Positions 14,650-24,077 of a stretch of DNA of 47,583 bases are shown piece by piece. The stretch spans positions 1 through 47,583 of the forward strand of contig BTVV01000040.1 in the NCBI GenBank assembly GCA_045863855.1, given 5' to 3'. This DNA comes from Planctomycetota bacterium (GTDB lineage Bacteria; Planctomycetota; SZUA-567; H5-PLA8). A program made the position numbers and the translations under genes. The notes under the pieces were generated by a model. That model ran no database searches, was not told the DNA's origin, and saw only the letters and a program-made list of their open reading frames with translations. Numbering within the stretch: the stretch's first letter is position 1; each line of letters opens with the position of its first letter.

Positions 14650-16905
14650 CTATTTCGGCTTCGGCACTTCGAAATTATCCATAAGGTTGAGATCTTCCTT
14701 GGCGTACAGGAAGCGCTTGATCCGTGACTGCTTTTCCATTGCGCGGACCCATACGTTCATGCACATGGCGGCGCGGGCCTGCAAGTAGTCGCGTTCGACC
14801 CGGCGATGAACTTCGAAGAACTCGGGGATCCGCTCGGGCAAGCGGTTGCGTATGCGAATCAGGTGGTAGCCCAAGCGCGTGGGGATGGGTTCGCTGAGCT
14901 GCCCGCGCTCGTAATTGGCTTTGGCCAGCGCCGTGTAGAGAGCGCCACGCCAGTCCTCGTCTTCGGGCGAGAGCACGCCCAAGTGACCCAGTTCGTCCAG
15001 GTTCTCCGGATGCGTGAACTTCTCCGACGCCGCGAGCACCGACCAGGACTTTTCGTCTTCGCCGGCTTGCTTGCGCAGTTCCTTGGCCATCTCCAGTCCG
15101 GCCACGCGTTGTTCGGTGTCGGCATTCTCCGGCAAGGCGATCAGCAGATGCTGGACATCGAATTTCAGCGGTTCGCGATAACGCTCTTTGGACAGCGCGT
15201 ACTCCATTTGCAGCGTCGGGTCGTCTAGCTTGATGCTCTGCTTGATGGCTTTCGCGAGAACCAGGCTGGCTTCCAGGGAGCGGTGGTACTGATCGATGGC
15301 CTGTCCGTATCGATTGTAGACGTACTCTTCCAGGGTCAGCGGTGTTTGGGGCGGCTTGCGCTTGGCCCGCGCTTCGTTCAGCGCGTCCAGGGAAAGCCGG
15401 TCGTCGTTCATTTCCATCTCCGTCTCTTCTTTGTTCACGGTGATGGGTTGTGCGGGAGGCGGTTCCGGCGAACGCAGCGGAATTTGAGAAGACCCTTCAC
15501 GCCGGAAGGCCGGTGTGCCGAGCCATTCCATGCGCATGGGCCCCATGCGCTTGAGCGGGCCCAGCGCCATCTCGCGATTGATCAAGCGTGAAAGCGCCTC
15601 GGGGCCGTCGCTGCGCAGCAGCTCCTTCCAGACTTCGCTGCGACGCACGTCCTTGCCGTTCACCTTTCCGATCACCGGATCGCGATCGGCCTCCGGTCCC
15701 TTGCCGGGCTCGGGCGGCCAGAGTATCGAGCGGGTGTTTTCGAGCTGCGCCTCGCGGACCAGTTGATCGACCCAGCGCTCGGCCTTCGCCTGGATAATCC
15801 AGTCCACATAAACCTTCTCGACCTCCGCGCGCAAGGCCGCGAAATCTTTGCGCTGCGCGCGTTGGACCTCGAGCATCTTGACGACGTGGTAGCCGTAGCG
15901 AGTGCGAATGGGCTCGCTGACCTCACCCGGCTTCATGTTCTTCACGCCTTCGTAGAATTCTTCCACCAGCGGGCCCTGGCTGGTAAACCAGCCGACTTCG
16001 CCGGGTTCGGCCGGCATCGGAGTCAGGCCCTGAGTCTGGCGCTTCTGGGCGCGCTCTTGCCGCACGGTCAGGCCCCCCGGGCCCTTTTGATCCAGCGGAT
16101 CCTGCGTGTAGCGTTCCACGGCCTGGGTCCACGTGAGCGTGCCCGCGCGCAGTTCGTCGATGACCTTCTGAGCGCGTTCTTTCGAATGCTGCCATTCCGG
16201 TCCGGCATCGATCTGCGGCGCGTCTTGCATGTCGACGCCGTGGTCGCGGCGCCACTTCTCGCGGCGTTTGCGGTCTGCGGCTATGCGCTCGCGGAACCCG
16301 ACCTCGCCGTTCCCGGCGAGCAGATCCTGCCGGGTAAGCGGTGTCACCAGTACGTGCGCGGCGCGGAACCGGTCGGGCGGCTGGAACAGCTCCTCGTTGT
16401 CGGCATAAAACCGCTGCAAGTCGGCATCGGTAGGCGCGGTCTGGCGCCCGATCATCTTCTTGGCCAGTAGCTTCTGCCGAACCACCTGTTGCTTATACTC
16501 TTCGATCGACATCTGATAGCGCGCTTTGACCAGCGCCGCGAAGGTTTTCTCGCCAACATCCCACGGCGCGTATTGAACCTCGTTCTGCAGGCCGCGGTAA
16601 TCGAGCATCAACTGGTCGTTCAGTTCCTGATCGGTGGCGGCGATACCGATTTTTTCGGCGGCTTGCTCGACCAGGATGCGCCGGATGATGCGGTCCAGCG
16701 CCATGCTGCCTTCGCTGCCCAACAGTTCCCGGATCAGTTCTCGCCTCGTGATGGCGAAGCCGTCGACTTCCGCGACGACCGCCGGGAGCTCCGAAAGCCC
16801 CGGCACTTCGTCGTCGCCTGCCGGTTCTTCCGCGGCGCCTGGATTCGCCGTGACGACCGCCAGGATTACGGCAACCGCAAACCCGCTTATGAAAGCAAAG
16901 CGCAT
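14650..16905 (-). CDS. exported parvulin-type peptidyl-prolyl isomerase/chaperone with two SurA/PrsA-like modules
   Basis: Signal peptide MRFAF...ANPGA; AAHVLV...GEVGWF...GEVSEPIRTRYGYHVVK and VQHLLI...GHLG...GQLSEPIPTRLGYHLIR; duplicated VAEVDG/IGKVNG N-domains. Confidence 0.85.
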   Translation of the reverse strand: MRFAFISGFAVAVILAVVTANPGAAEEPAGDDEVPGLSELPAVVAEVDGFAITRRELIRELLGSEGSMALDRIIRRILVEQAAEKIGIAATDQELNDQLMLDYRGLQNEVQYAPWDVGEKTFAALVKARYQMSIEEYKQQVVRQKLLAKKMIGRQTAPTDADLQRFYADNEELFQPPDRFRAAHVLVTPLTRQDLLAGNGEVGFRERIAADRKRREKWRRDHGVDMQDAPQIDAGPEWQHSKERAQKVIDELRAGTLTWTQAVERYTQDPLDQKGPGGLTVRQERAQKRQTQGLTPMPAEPGEVGWFTSQGPLVEEFYEGVKNMKPGEVSEPIRTRYGYHVVKMLEVQRAQRKDFAALRAEVEKVYVDWIIQAKAERWVDQLVREAQLENTRSILWPPEPGKGPEADRDPVIGKVNGKDVRRSEVWKELLRSDGPEALSRLINREMALGPLKRMGPMRMEWLGTPAFRREGSSQIPLRSPEPPPAQPITVNKEETEMEMNDDRLSLDALNEARAKRKPPQTPLTLEEYVYNRYGQAIDQYHRSLEASLVLAKAIKQSIKLDDPTLQMEYALSKERYREPLKFDVQHLLIALPENADTEQRVAGLEMAKELRKQAGEDEKSWSVLAASEKFTHPENLDELGHLGVLSPEDEDWRGALYTALAKANYERGQLSEPIPTRLGYHLIRIRNRLPERIPEFFEVHRRVERDYLQARAAMCMNVWVRAMEKQSRIKRFLYAKEDLNLMDNFEVPKPK

Positions 16906-17140
16906 GGTACGTTCCGCCGCGTGATCGAATGGTTTCAGGCCGCTCGCCCGCTTTGGGCAAACGCCCAACAGACGCTTTACGGCCGCCCGCCTTCAAGACT
17001 AAAGTATCCCAGCCAGCGGGGATTATAGGCGATGCCACGGAACATCTAAGGCCAGAAGTGGGCAATCCCGGGCGGTCCGTTAGGATGCCAAGCGGCCTCG
17101 GTTGAGCGGGAGAGCGAACCTCGTGCATGTGCCGGCATGG

Positions 17141-19099
17141 ATGAAGGCGGTTGGGCTCTGGCTGACGCTGTTGGCGGGATGCGCGTGGACCGGCGAGTTC
17201 GGGACGCCCAAAGTGGTCTGGCGGCTTGAGCCTGCCAAGATCGAAGCCGCGGCCGGGCAGACCGTGCAGGTCAAGGTGATCGGTAAAGTGCCCCTCAAGT
17301 GGCATGTGTACTCGACGACCGAAGGCCTGGACGGCTTTACCCCTACCGCGTTCACGGTGGAGCCCGCGGCGCTCTTTCGCGTCAACGGCAAAGTCACGCA
17401 TCCTCCGCCCATCGTGAAGAACGACGAAGACCTGGGCCGTATCGAGATGCTCGACGGCGAAGCGGTGTTTACCGTTCCGCTTCAAGTGGTGCAAGGTTCG
17501 GCAGAGGGTGAGCACGACGCGAGCTTGAAAGTCTCTTCCCAGCTTTGCGACGACAAGACCTGTCTGCTGCCGCGCACCGACACGCTGGCGCTTAAGGTGA
17601 CCATAAAGGGGGCGGTCACCGAAGAACCGCTCAAGACGGCGGAGTCCCCGCCGCAGGCAGGAAAAACCGCGGATCCGGAGCACTCGGAGCCGAAAATCGA
17701 AGCCGTACCGTCTTTGGGCGGAAAAGCAGCCATCGATGCGGCACGCCAGGAAGGACTATGGGCCTACCTGGCATTGGCCTTTGGCACGGGCCTTACCGCC
17801 CTCCTGACGCCCTGTGTCTTCCCGATGATCCCGATCACCGTGAGCTTTTTCACAAAGCGCAAACAAGCCACTCGCGCGAAGGCCATCGGCGACGCGGGCA
17901 TCTACGCCTTGGGAATCGTCGGAACGTTCGTATTCCTGGGCTTTGTCGTCTCGCTGATCATGGGCGCTTCGGGCGTGACGCAGTTCGCGGCCAACCCCTG
18001 GGTGAATCTGACGGTCGCGGCGATCTTCATTGCGTTGGCTCTGAACCTGTTCGGCGTCTTCGAGATCGCCCTCCCGGTGGGCCTCTTGAGCAGGCTCGAT
18101 AAGAAGGCCGGAGAAGGGGAGGGCTTCGCGTCGATCCTGTTGATGGCGTTTGTCTTCTCAATCACCTCGTTTACCTGCACGGTCCCGTTCATCGGCTTCG
18201 TGATGGTCAGCGCCACGCAGGGCGAGTGGCTCTGGCCGCTCCTGGGCATGTTCGCCTTCAGCGCGGCATTTGGGCTCCCGTTCTGCATCCTGGCGCTCTT
18301 CCCGGCGATGCTTAAAGCGCTACCGAAATCGGGAGGCTGGCTGAACAGCGTAAAGGTGGTGATGGGGTTCGTCGAACTGGCGGCGGCGTTGAAGTTCCTG
18401 AGCAACGCCGATCTGGTCTGGTCGTGGGGCATCCTGACGCGCGAGTTCTTCCTCTGCCTGTGGATTGCCATCGCGGCGCTGACGACCTTGTACTTGCTGG
18501 GGCTGTTCAAGTTTTCGCACGATTCCGACCTCCCGCACGTCGGCGGCATGCGGATTGTGCTGGCGGTGCTCTTCCTGGGCACGGGGTTCTGGTTGGGTTC
18601 GGGGCTGGTGGGGGGCGATCTGGGCGAACTGGATGCCTTCGTTCCGCCGCGCGTTTACCCCGGACGCGAAGGCGTTGCCGTAAGCGGTCCGAACGGCGGC
18701 GGCGCGGAACCGCGGCTTTTCTGGCACTCCGACCTCGACGCGGCGCTGGCGGAAGCGAAGGCCACGGGCAAGCCCGTTTTTGTCGATTTTACGGGCATCA
18801 CCTGCGTGAACTGCCGGCTGATGCAGGAAAAAGTCTTCCCGCAGCCAGCGGTCCGCGCGCTCTTGGAGCAGTTCGTTCGCGCCGAGTTGTATACGGACAA
18901 AAAAGAAGAAGCCGAGCTTAGTGCAAAGAACCTGAGGTTGCTGCAGGAACGCTTTAAGGTGGTGGCGCTGCCGTACTACGTGATCCTGACGCCCGACGAC
19001 CGGGAGGTCGCAACTTTCGGCGGCTTCACGCGCGATATCGAATCGTTCAAGGCCTTTCTGAAGCGAGGCCTGGAACCGCAGCCCGCCGCCGCCAAGTAA
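17141..19099 (+). CDS. dsbD: thiol:disulfide interchange protein DsbD
   Basis: N-domain WHVYS...QLCDDKTCL; TM domain TPCVFPMIPIT and SFTCTVPF; LPKSGGWLNSVK; C-terminal thioredoxin DFTG.TCVNC. Start set to MKAVGL; a LAGC lipobox-like motif is present. Confidence 0.92.
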   Translation: MKAVGLWLTLLAGCAWTGEFGTPKVVWRLEPAKIEAAAGQTVQVKVIGKVPLKWHVYSTTEGLDGFTPTAFTVEPAALFRVNGKVTHPPPIVKNDEDLGRIEMLDGEAVFTVPLQVVQGSAEGEHDASLKVSSQLCDDKTCLLPRTDTLALKVTIKGAVTEEPLKTAESPPQAGKTADPEHSEPKIEAVPSLGGKAAIDAARQEGLWAYLALAFGTGLTALLTPCVFPMIPITVSFFTKRKQATRAKAIGDAGIYALGIVGTFVFLGFVVSLIMGASGVTQFAANPWVNLTVAAIFIALALNLFGVFEIALPVGLLSRLDKKAGEGEGFASILLMAFVFSITSFTCTVPFIGFVMVSATQGEWLWPLLGMFAFSAAFGLPFCILALFPAMLKALPKSGGWLNSVKVVMGFVELAAALKFLSNADLVWSWGILTREFFLCLWIAIAALTTLYLLGLFKFSHDSDLPHVGGMRIVLAVLFLGTGFWLGSGLVGGDLGELDAFVPPRVYPGREGVAVSGPNGGGAEPRLFWHSDLDAALAEAKATGKPVFVDFTGITCVNCRLMQEKVFPQPAVRALLEQFVRAELYTDKKEEAELSAKNLRLLQERFKVVALPYYVILTPDDREVATFGGFTRDIESFKAFLKRGLEPQPAAAK

Positions 19100-19105
19100 A
19101 CTCGT

Positions 19106-19149
19106 CGAAGCCGCGCGCGATTCGCGGCATCGGAATCGCGCACGGTTCG
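19106..19149. terminator. long hairpin between convergent genes
   Basis: GCGCGATTC-N9-GAATCGCGC core, extended by CCG/CGG; no clear U tract. Confidence 0.45.
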
Positions 19150-19160
19150 GCCTGCCGAAT

Positions 19161-21080
19161 TTACTTGGATTTGTACTCCACCCAAACCGTATTCACGTCC
19201 GCGCCCGCATCGAATGTCCAGCTCGTGTCTTCCGCTCCGGGCTTGCCGGAATAGGTGTGGCTGGCGGTCTTCTGTTCACCTGCGCCGTTCTTATAGGCAA
19301 AGGTGACCACCACATCGCCGGGCTTCGAGACCTCGTAGACCAAGTACGCCTCGGCCTTGCGGTATCCTTTGTTCCCGCTGTTGCCGAAGCGCACCCGGAC
19401 GGCTGCGTCGGTGGGTTCCACGTCGACCTTGCCGAAGCTGAAGCTCTGGCTCCAGAAGTCACCGGGCTCGTACGGCCGTCGGATAATTTGCTGATCTTTG
19501 ACGATCGGCTTCCAGGCGCTGCCGCCGTCGGTGCTGTATTCGATCTGATATTTTACGTCTTCGCGCGGTGGATTGCCGCTGGCTACCCAACCCGCGGCAT
19601 AAATGCCTACGGTCTTCTCGCCGCGCGGAGCCTTCAGCTCCAGCGTGACCTTCGGCGATCCGAAGGCGCCGTCGACGATCCGCGCCGCCGCTTGGTCGGA
19701 GTTCGGCCCGGCCGCGAGGACCGCCCGGCCGCCAGCTTGGTAGGTGATCTTGTTCTCGCCGCTCTTGAGGCGCGGGATCACCGCCACGTTGCATTGGCAG
19801 ACGGTCCGGATCGTCAAACCGCTGGCGGCGAGATCCTTCGCGCTCTTTTCGAGCTTCAGCCAATACTGCTGGTGTCCTTTGGCCAAGTCGGTTAGGTCGA
19901 GTGTTCCTTCGAGCGAGCCGCCATCGGCCCAAGTCTTGCCTTGGTCTGTGCTGACCTTGACCGAGATGCCGCCCTTGCCGCTGAGCACCAGACCGTTCTT
20001 GGCGCCAGGTTCGTAGATACCCCAGGCCTGATCGTTCGACGGAGTACATCCAATGATGTAGGGCGACTGGAACTCCAACGTCACGTGGGCGTCCGATTCG
20101 TCGAGCGTACCTTCCTTGTAGCCGCCGCCGGCGAAATCGGGGCTGTAGGTGTAGACGGCATTGGCGAAGCGGACCTGTCCGGCCTTGTACCCGGTGCCAT
20201 TCTTCGAACCGTACATCTTTTCCGGCTGATTGACCCAACTGCGGTCGCGCGTCGGGCCGGGGATGCCGCCGATGTTGTAGTTGCGCCCCCAGTACACGAA
20301 GGTCTTGCCGTCCTCGAGGCCCGGCGCAAGGTAGCGGCGCAGGGACTCGCCGGCGCGCAGATGAACCATCGGCGGCGCGTTTTCGTAACCGGCCCGGTAC
20401 TCGGCGCTCTTGACGGCTTCGTAGACGTACGCATCTTTCGGATGCAGCCCCGCGACGACCCAGCCGCGCTGACGTTCGGGCTTGAACTTCGGATCGGCCA
20501 GCGTCTTCAGATTGGCGGCGATCTCCTGGATCGAGAGCAGCCGCTTGCCTTCCGTATCGAAGATCACGGTGGAAATGTCATGGTCCAGCAGCACCCACTT
20601 GCCTTCGCCGTATTCGCCGCCGGTGAGGTACACTTCGAAGCTGTTGTGACCCGGGACGCCCACCACCCGGCCGCGGCATGGGCCGAGCAGGTATTCCATC
20701 TCGGCGCACCACTGCGCGTGCGTCGTTCCGCACAAACCGAACCCGTGGGCGAACAGCCCCGACCAGTAATCGCGGGTCTTGTCGGCCTTCTTAAAGCCCT
20801 GATCCCAGTAATCCTGGCAGCCGTCTTCGCCATGCGCGTAGTACAGGTTGCGCCAATAGTACGCCGCCAAGGCTTTGTCTTCGTCGGTGCTGATGTCTTT
20901 ACCGGTGGCGCGCTTGTAGTATTCGGCCTGAGTCTTAAAGAGTCGCTCGAAGGTGCTGAACGCCAATTCGCCCGGATAGTACGGGTGCTCGGTTTTGATC
21001 TGCGGATCGCCCGTCGCAGCCAGCACGGTGGGCGTGAGCAGCGCTATTAAAAGGTAGGAAGCGCAAGTCCATCGACGCAT
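19161..21080 (-). CDS. secreted hypothetical protein with a transglutaminase-like Cys-His-Asp triad and two Asp-box motifs
   Basis: Signal peptide; GLCGTTH...VPGHNSFEVY...WVLLD; STDQGKTW and STDGGSAW. Confidence 0.7.
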   Translation of the reverse strand: MRRWTCASYLLIALLTPTVLAATGDPQIKTEHPYYPGELAFSTFERLFKTQAEYYKRATGKDISTDEDKALAAYYWRNLYYAHGEDGCQDYWDQGFKKADKTRDYWSGLFAHGFGLCGTTHAQWCAEMEYLLGPCRGRVVGVPGHNSFEVYLTGGEYGEGKWVLLDHDISTVIFDTEGKRLLSIQEIAANLKTLADPKFKPERQRGWVVAGLHPKDAYVYEAVKSAEYRAGYENAPPMVHLRAGESLRRYLAPGLEDGKTFVYWGRNYNIGGIPGPTRDRSWVNQPEKMYGSKNGTGYKAGQVRFANAVYTYSPDFAGGGYKEGTLDESDAHVTLEFQSPYIIGCTPSNDQAWGIYEPGAKNGLVLSGKGGISVKVSTDQGKTWADGGSLEGTLDLTDLAKGHQQYWLKLEKSAKDLAASGLTIRTVCQCNVAVIPRLKSGENKITYQAGGRAVLAAGPNSDQAAARIVDGAFGSPKVTLELKAPRGEKTVGIYAAGWVASGNPPREDVKYQIEYSTDGGSAWKPIVKDQQIIRRPYEPGDFWSQSFSFGKVDVEPTDAAVRVRFGNSGNKGYRKAEAYLVYEVSKPGDVVVTFAYKNGAGEQKTASHTYSGKPGAEDTSWTFDAGADVNTVWVEYKSK

Positions 21081-21466
21081 GATTCATTCTCCCGGCGGAC
21101 AGTGAAAAGGTTCCTTCGAAGCGCGGTGAATCGGTACGCCACGCTCCCATTGATACCCCGCAGTGTGGTTCATGTGATATAGACCTTCGACAATATTTTG
21201 AGACACAAGGTGCAGGTTTTTGAACGTCCTGCGGTCGTCCAATCAAAAAAAATAACAGGCTTGGTTTACGAATCGTTAACTCACTATCCGTCTTAAGGTT
21301 GCATCGGTACCAAGCGAAGTATTCCAACTCCGACAGCAGAGCATAGGGCTTGACGCAGCCGATACGAAACTGGTACTTGTCCGCGCCGACGTTTGGTGGC
21401 CGAGGTCAAAACCTCTGCCCAATTTTTAAGCAGGCTAATGTTAGGCATACTAGGGGAGCGTTCGCC

Positions 21467-24016
21467 TTGGTGGCAACTCAGAAGAAGCACCTCGTCATCG
21501 TCGAGTCGCCGGGCAAGATCCGCACCATTTCCAAGGTGCTGGGCAAGGAGTTCGTGGTCAAGGCGTCGGTGGGCCACGTCCGCGACCTGCCGAACAGCAA
21601 GAAGGACGACCCCGGTCCGACTCTGGTGCGTGGCGTGGGCGAGGATTTTACGCCGCGGTACGTGACGCTGGCCCGCAGCAAGAAGATCATCGACGATCTG
21701 CGCAAGACGGCCAAGCAGTCCGACCTCATCTATCTCTGCCCCGACCCCGACCGTGAAGGCGAAGCGATCGCTTGGCATTTGGCGCAGGCGTTGGATCTGG
21801 ACGAAGAAAAGACCTTCCGTGTCACCTTCGACGAAATTACGCCGCGCGGGATCAAAGCCGCGTTCACGCAGCCGCGCAAGATCGACATGGACCGCGTTAA
21901 CGCGCAGCAGGCGCGCCGCGTGCTCGACCGCCTCGTGGGCTACAAGCTCTCGCCATTGCTGTGGGAAAAGATCGGCCGGGGCCTCTCGGCGGGGCGCGTG
22001 CAGTCGGTGGCGGTGAAGCTGATCGTCGAGCGCGAGCGCGAGATCGAGGCCTTCAAGGCCGAAGAGTACTGGACGGTGGGCGCGGAGTTTTCGTTCTCGA
22101 ACCGCAGCTTCGACGCGGATTTGCGCGGCGTTGACGGGCGGCAGGTCGTCAGCAGCGCGGACGATCTGGCCAAGTTTCATAAGCAGAACGAAAACCTGAG
22201 TGCTTCGGGCATTCTGCGCACCCGCATTTCGAGCGAAAAAGAAGCGCGCGATCTGGCCAAACTTCTCGAGAAATCGAAGTATCAAGTCAGCCTGTACGAA
22301 GTGAAGGAAGTCTCCGACCGCCCGTACCCGCCTTACGCGACCAGCCAGCTCCAGCAGGCCGCGGCGAACCGGCTGGGCTTCGACGCCAAGCGCACGATGC
22401 GGATCGCGCAGGAACTGTATCAGGGCATCGAACTGGGCAACGAAGGCGCGGTGGCGCTGATCACCTACATGCGTACCGATTCGTTCCGCATCAGCCAAGA
22501 CGCGCTGACCGAATGCCGCGACCTGATCGGCAGAAAATTCGGCGAGAAGTACGTGCCCGAGAAGCCCAACTTTTATAAGTCGAGGAAAGGCACGCAGGAC
22601 GCCCACGAATGTATCCGCCCTACGCACGTGGAGAAATCGCCCGAAGACGTCCGCACCTTCCTGACCACCGACCAGTTCAAGCTTTATAAGCTGATCTGGG
22701 AACGCTTCGTCGCCTGCCAGATGCGCCCGGCCGTCTTCGACGCGGCCACCTGCGATATCGCCGCGCAAGGGGATGCCGCCCGAAACGCCGTCTTCCGCGC
22801 CACCGGCCGCGTACTCAAGTTCGACGGCTGGCTGGCCGTGCACGGCGAAAAGGCCGAAGAGAGTGCCCACCTCGACGCCTCCGCCGCCGACCGCGAGAAG
22901 GGCGACGAAACCACCGAAGACGATGCCGAAGAGGGCGACGCCGCCAAAGGCAAGGCCAAACCCAAAAAGCGCAAGACTCAGGTCCTGCCCGAGATGAAGA
23001 CCGGGGACGCGCCGAACCTGAAGGATCTCGAACCGGTTCAGCACTTCACCCAACCGCCGCCGCGCTACACGGAAGCCGGATTGGTCAAGACGCTGGAACG
23101 CGAAGGCGTCGGCCGCCCGAGCACCTACGCCACGATCATTTCCACAATCCAGGAGCGAGGATACGTCGAGAAGTCCGGCACCGGAGGGCGCGGCGCGTTC
23201 ATGCCCACACCGCTGGGCGTACAGGTCAACGACCGGCTCGAGGACCACTTTTCCCATTCGATCATGGACTTGGGCTTCACGCGCAAGATGGAAGAGGAGC
23301 TGGATAAGATCGAGGAAGCGCATCTCGACTGGAAGCGCGTCCTGACGGAATTCTACGATCCATTCACGGCCGATCTGACCAAAGCGACGGTGGAGATGAA
23401 GAGCACCAAGGGTCAGGCCGAGAAGACCGACGTGCCGTGCCCCGAATGCGGCACGCCGATGGACAAGCGCTTCAGCCGCTACGGGTATTATCTGCGCTGC
23501 AGCAAGTCCCCCGACTGCAAAGGCACCCTGCGGCTCGACAAGGACGGGAACGTCAAGAAGAAGGAAGAGCCGCTCTCGACCGGCATCAAGTGCGATCTGT
23601 GCGGCTCGCCGGTGGTCAAAACCGTGGGCCGCTTCGGGCCGTACCTGGCCTGCACGCGCTATGCCGAGAAGCAGTGCACCTTCACCATGAAGGTGACCAA
23701 AGACGGTTTGCCGCGGCGGAAGTTCGACCCCCTGCCCACGGACGTGAAGTGCGAAAAGTGCCAGGGGCCGATGGTTGTGCGCGTCTCTGCGCGCGGGAAA
23801 ACCAAGCGCGCCTTCCTGAGCTGTTCGCGCTTCCCCAAGTGCCGGGGCACGCAGCCGTTGCCCGAAACGTTGAATGCCTTGGGCGAACAGGCCATCGCGA
23901 AGTTCGACGTGCTCCGCGCAAAGGACGAAACCGACACCAAGACGATGCTGGCGACGCTGGCCCAGCTTGAACAGGTAGCTGAACCGGCGGGCGTGGGCGA
24001 TGCCGGCGCCGAATAA
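21467..24016 (+). CDS. topA: DNA topoisomerase I (type IA) with three C-terminal Zn ribbons
   Basis: LVIVESP.K, SVGHVRDL, DPDREGEAIAWH, SAGRVQS, catalytic LITYMRTDS, AHECIRPT, GRPSTYA. Start is TTG 21467 or GTG 21470, after GGGGAG. Confidence 0.97.
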   Translation: MVATQKKHLVIVESPGKIRTISKVLGKEFVVKASVGHVRDLPNSKKDDPGPTLVRGVGEDFTPRYVTLARSKKIIDDLRKTAKQSDLIYLCPDPDREGEAIAWHLAQALDLDEEKTFRVTFDEITPRGIKAAFTQPRKIDMDRVNAQQARRVLDRLVGYKLSPLLWEKIGRGLSAGRVQSVAVKLIVEREREIEAFKAEEYWTVGAEFSFSNRSFDADLRGVDGRQVVSSADDLAKFHKQNENLSASGILRTRISSEKEARDLAKLLEKSKYQVSLYEVKEVSDRPYPPYATSQLQQAAANRLGFDAKRTMRIAQELYQGIELGNEGAVALITYMRTDSFRISQDALTECRDLIGRKFGEKYVPEKPNFYKSRKGTQDAHECIRPTHVEKSPEDVRTFLTTDQFKLYKLIWERFVACQMRPAVFDAATCDIAAQGDAARNAVFRATGRVLKFDGWLAVHGEKAEESAHLDASAADREKGDETTEDDAEEGDAAKGKAKPKKRKTQVLPEMKTGDAPNLKDLEPVQHFTQPPPRYTEAGLVKTLEREGVGRPSTYATIISTIQERGYVEKSGTGGRGAFMPTPLGVQVNDRLEDHFSHSIMDLGFTRKMEEELDKIEEAHLDWKRVLTEFYDPFTADLTKATVEMKSTKGQAEKTDVPCPECGTPMDKRFSRYGYYLRCSKSPDCKGTLRLDKDGNVKKKEEPLSTGIKCDLCGSPVVKTVGRFGPYLACTRYAEKQCTFTMKVTKDGLPRRKFDPLPTDVKCEKCQGPMVVRVSARGKTKRAFLSCSRFPKCRGTQPLPETLNALGEQAIAKFDVLRAKDETDTKTMLATLAQLEQVAEPAGVGDAGAE

Positions 24017-24052
24017 CGGCGGCACTGCCCATTGAGATCAGGGAGTTTGACC

Positions 24053-24077
24053 AGCCGCCCGCTGAGGGCGGCTTTTT
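24053..24077 (+). terminator. intrinsic terminator of topA
   Basis: AGCCGCCC-gctga-GGGCGGCT followed by TTTT. Confidence 0.8.

Noticed and set aside
21081..21466. ncRNA in the long AT-rich gap before topA
   Set aside because: There is no recognisable tRNA, tmRNA, SRP or riboswitch signature. It is adequately explained as a divergent promoter region (TTGACG at 21350 with only a weak -10).
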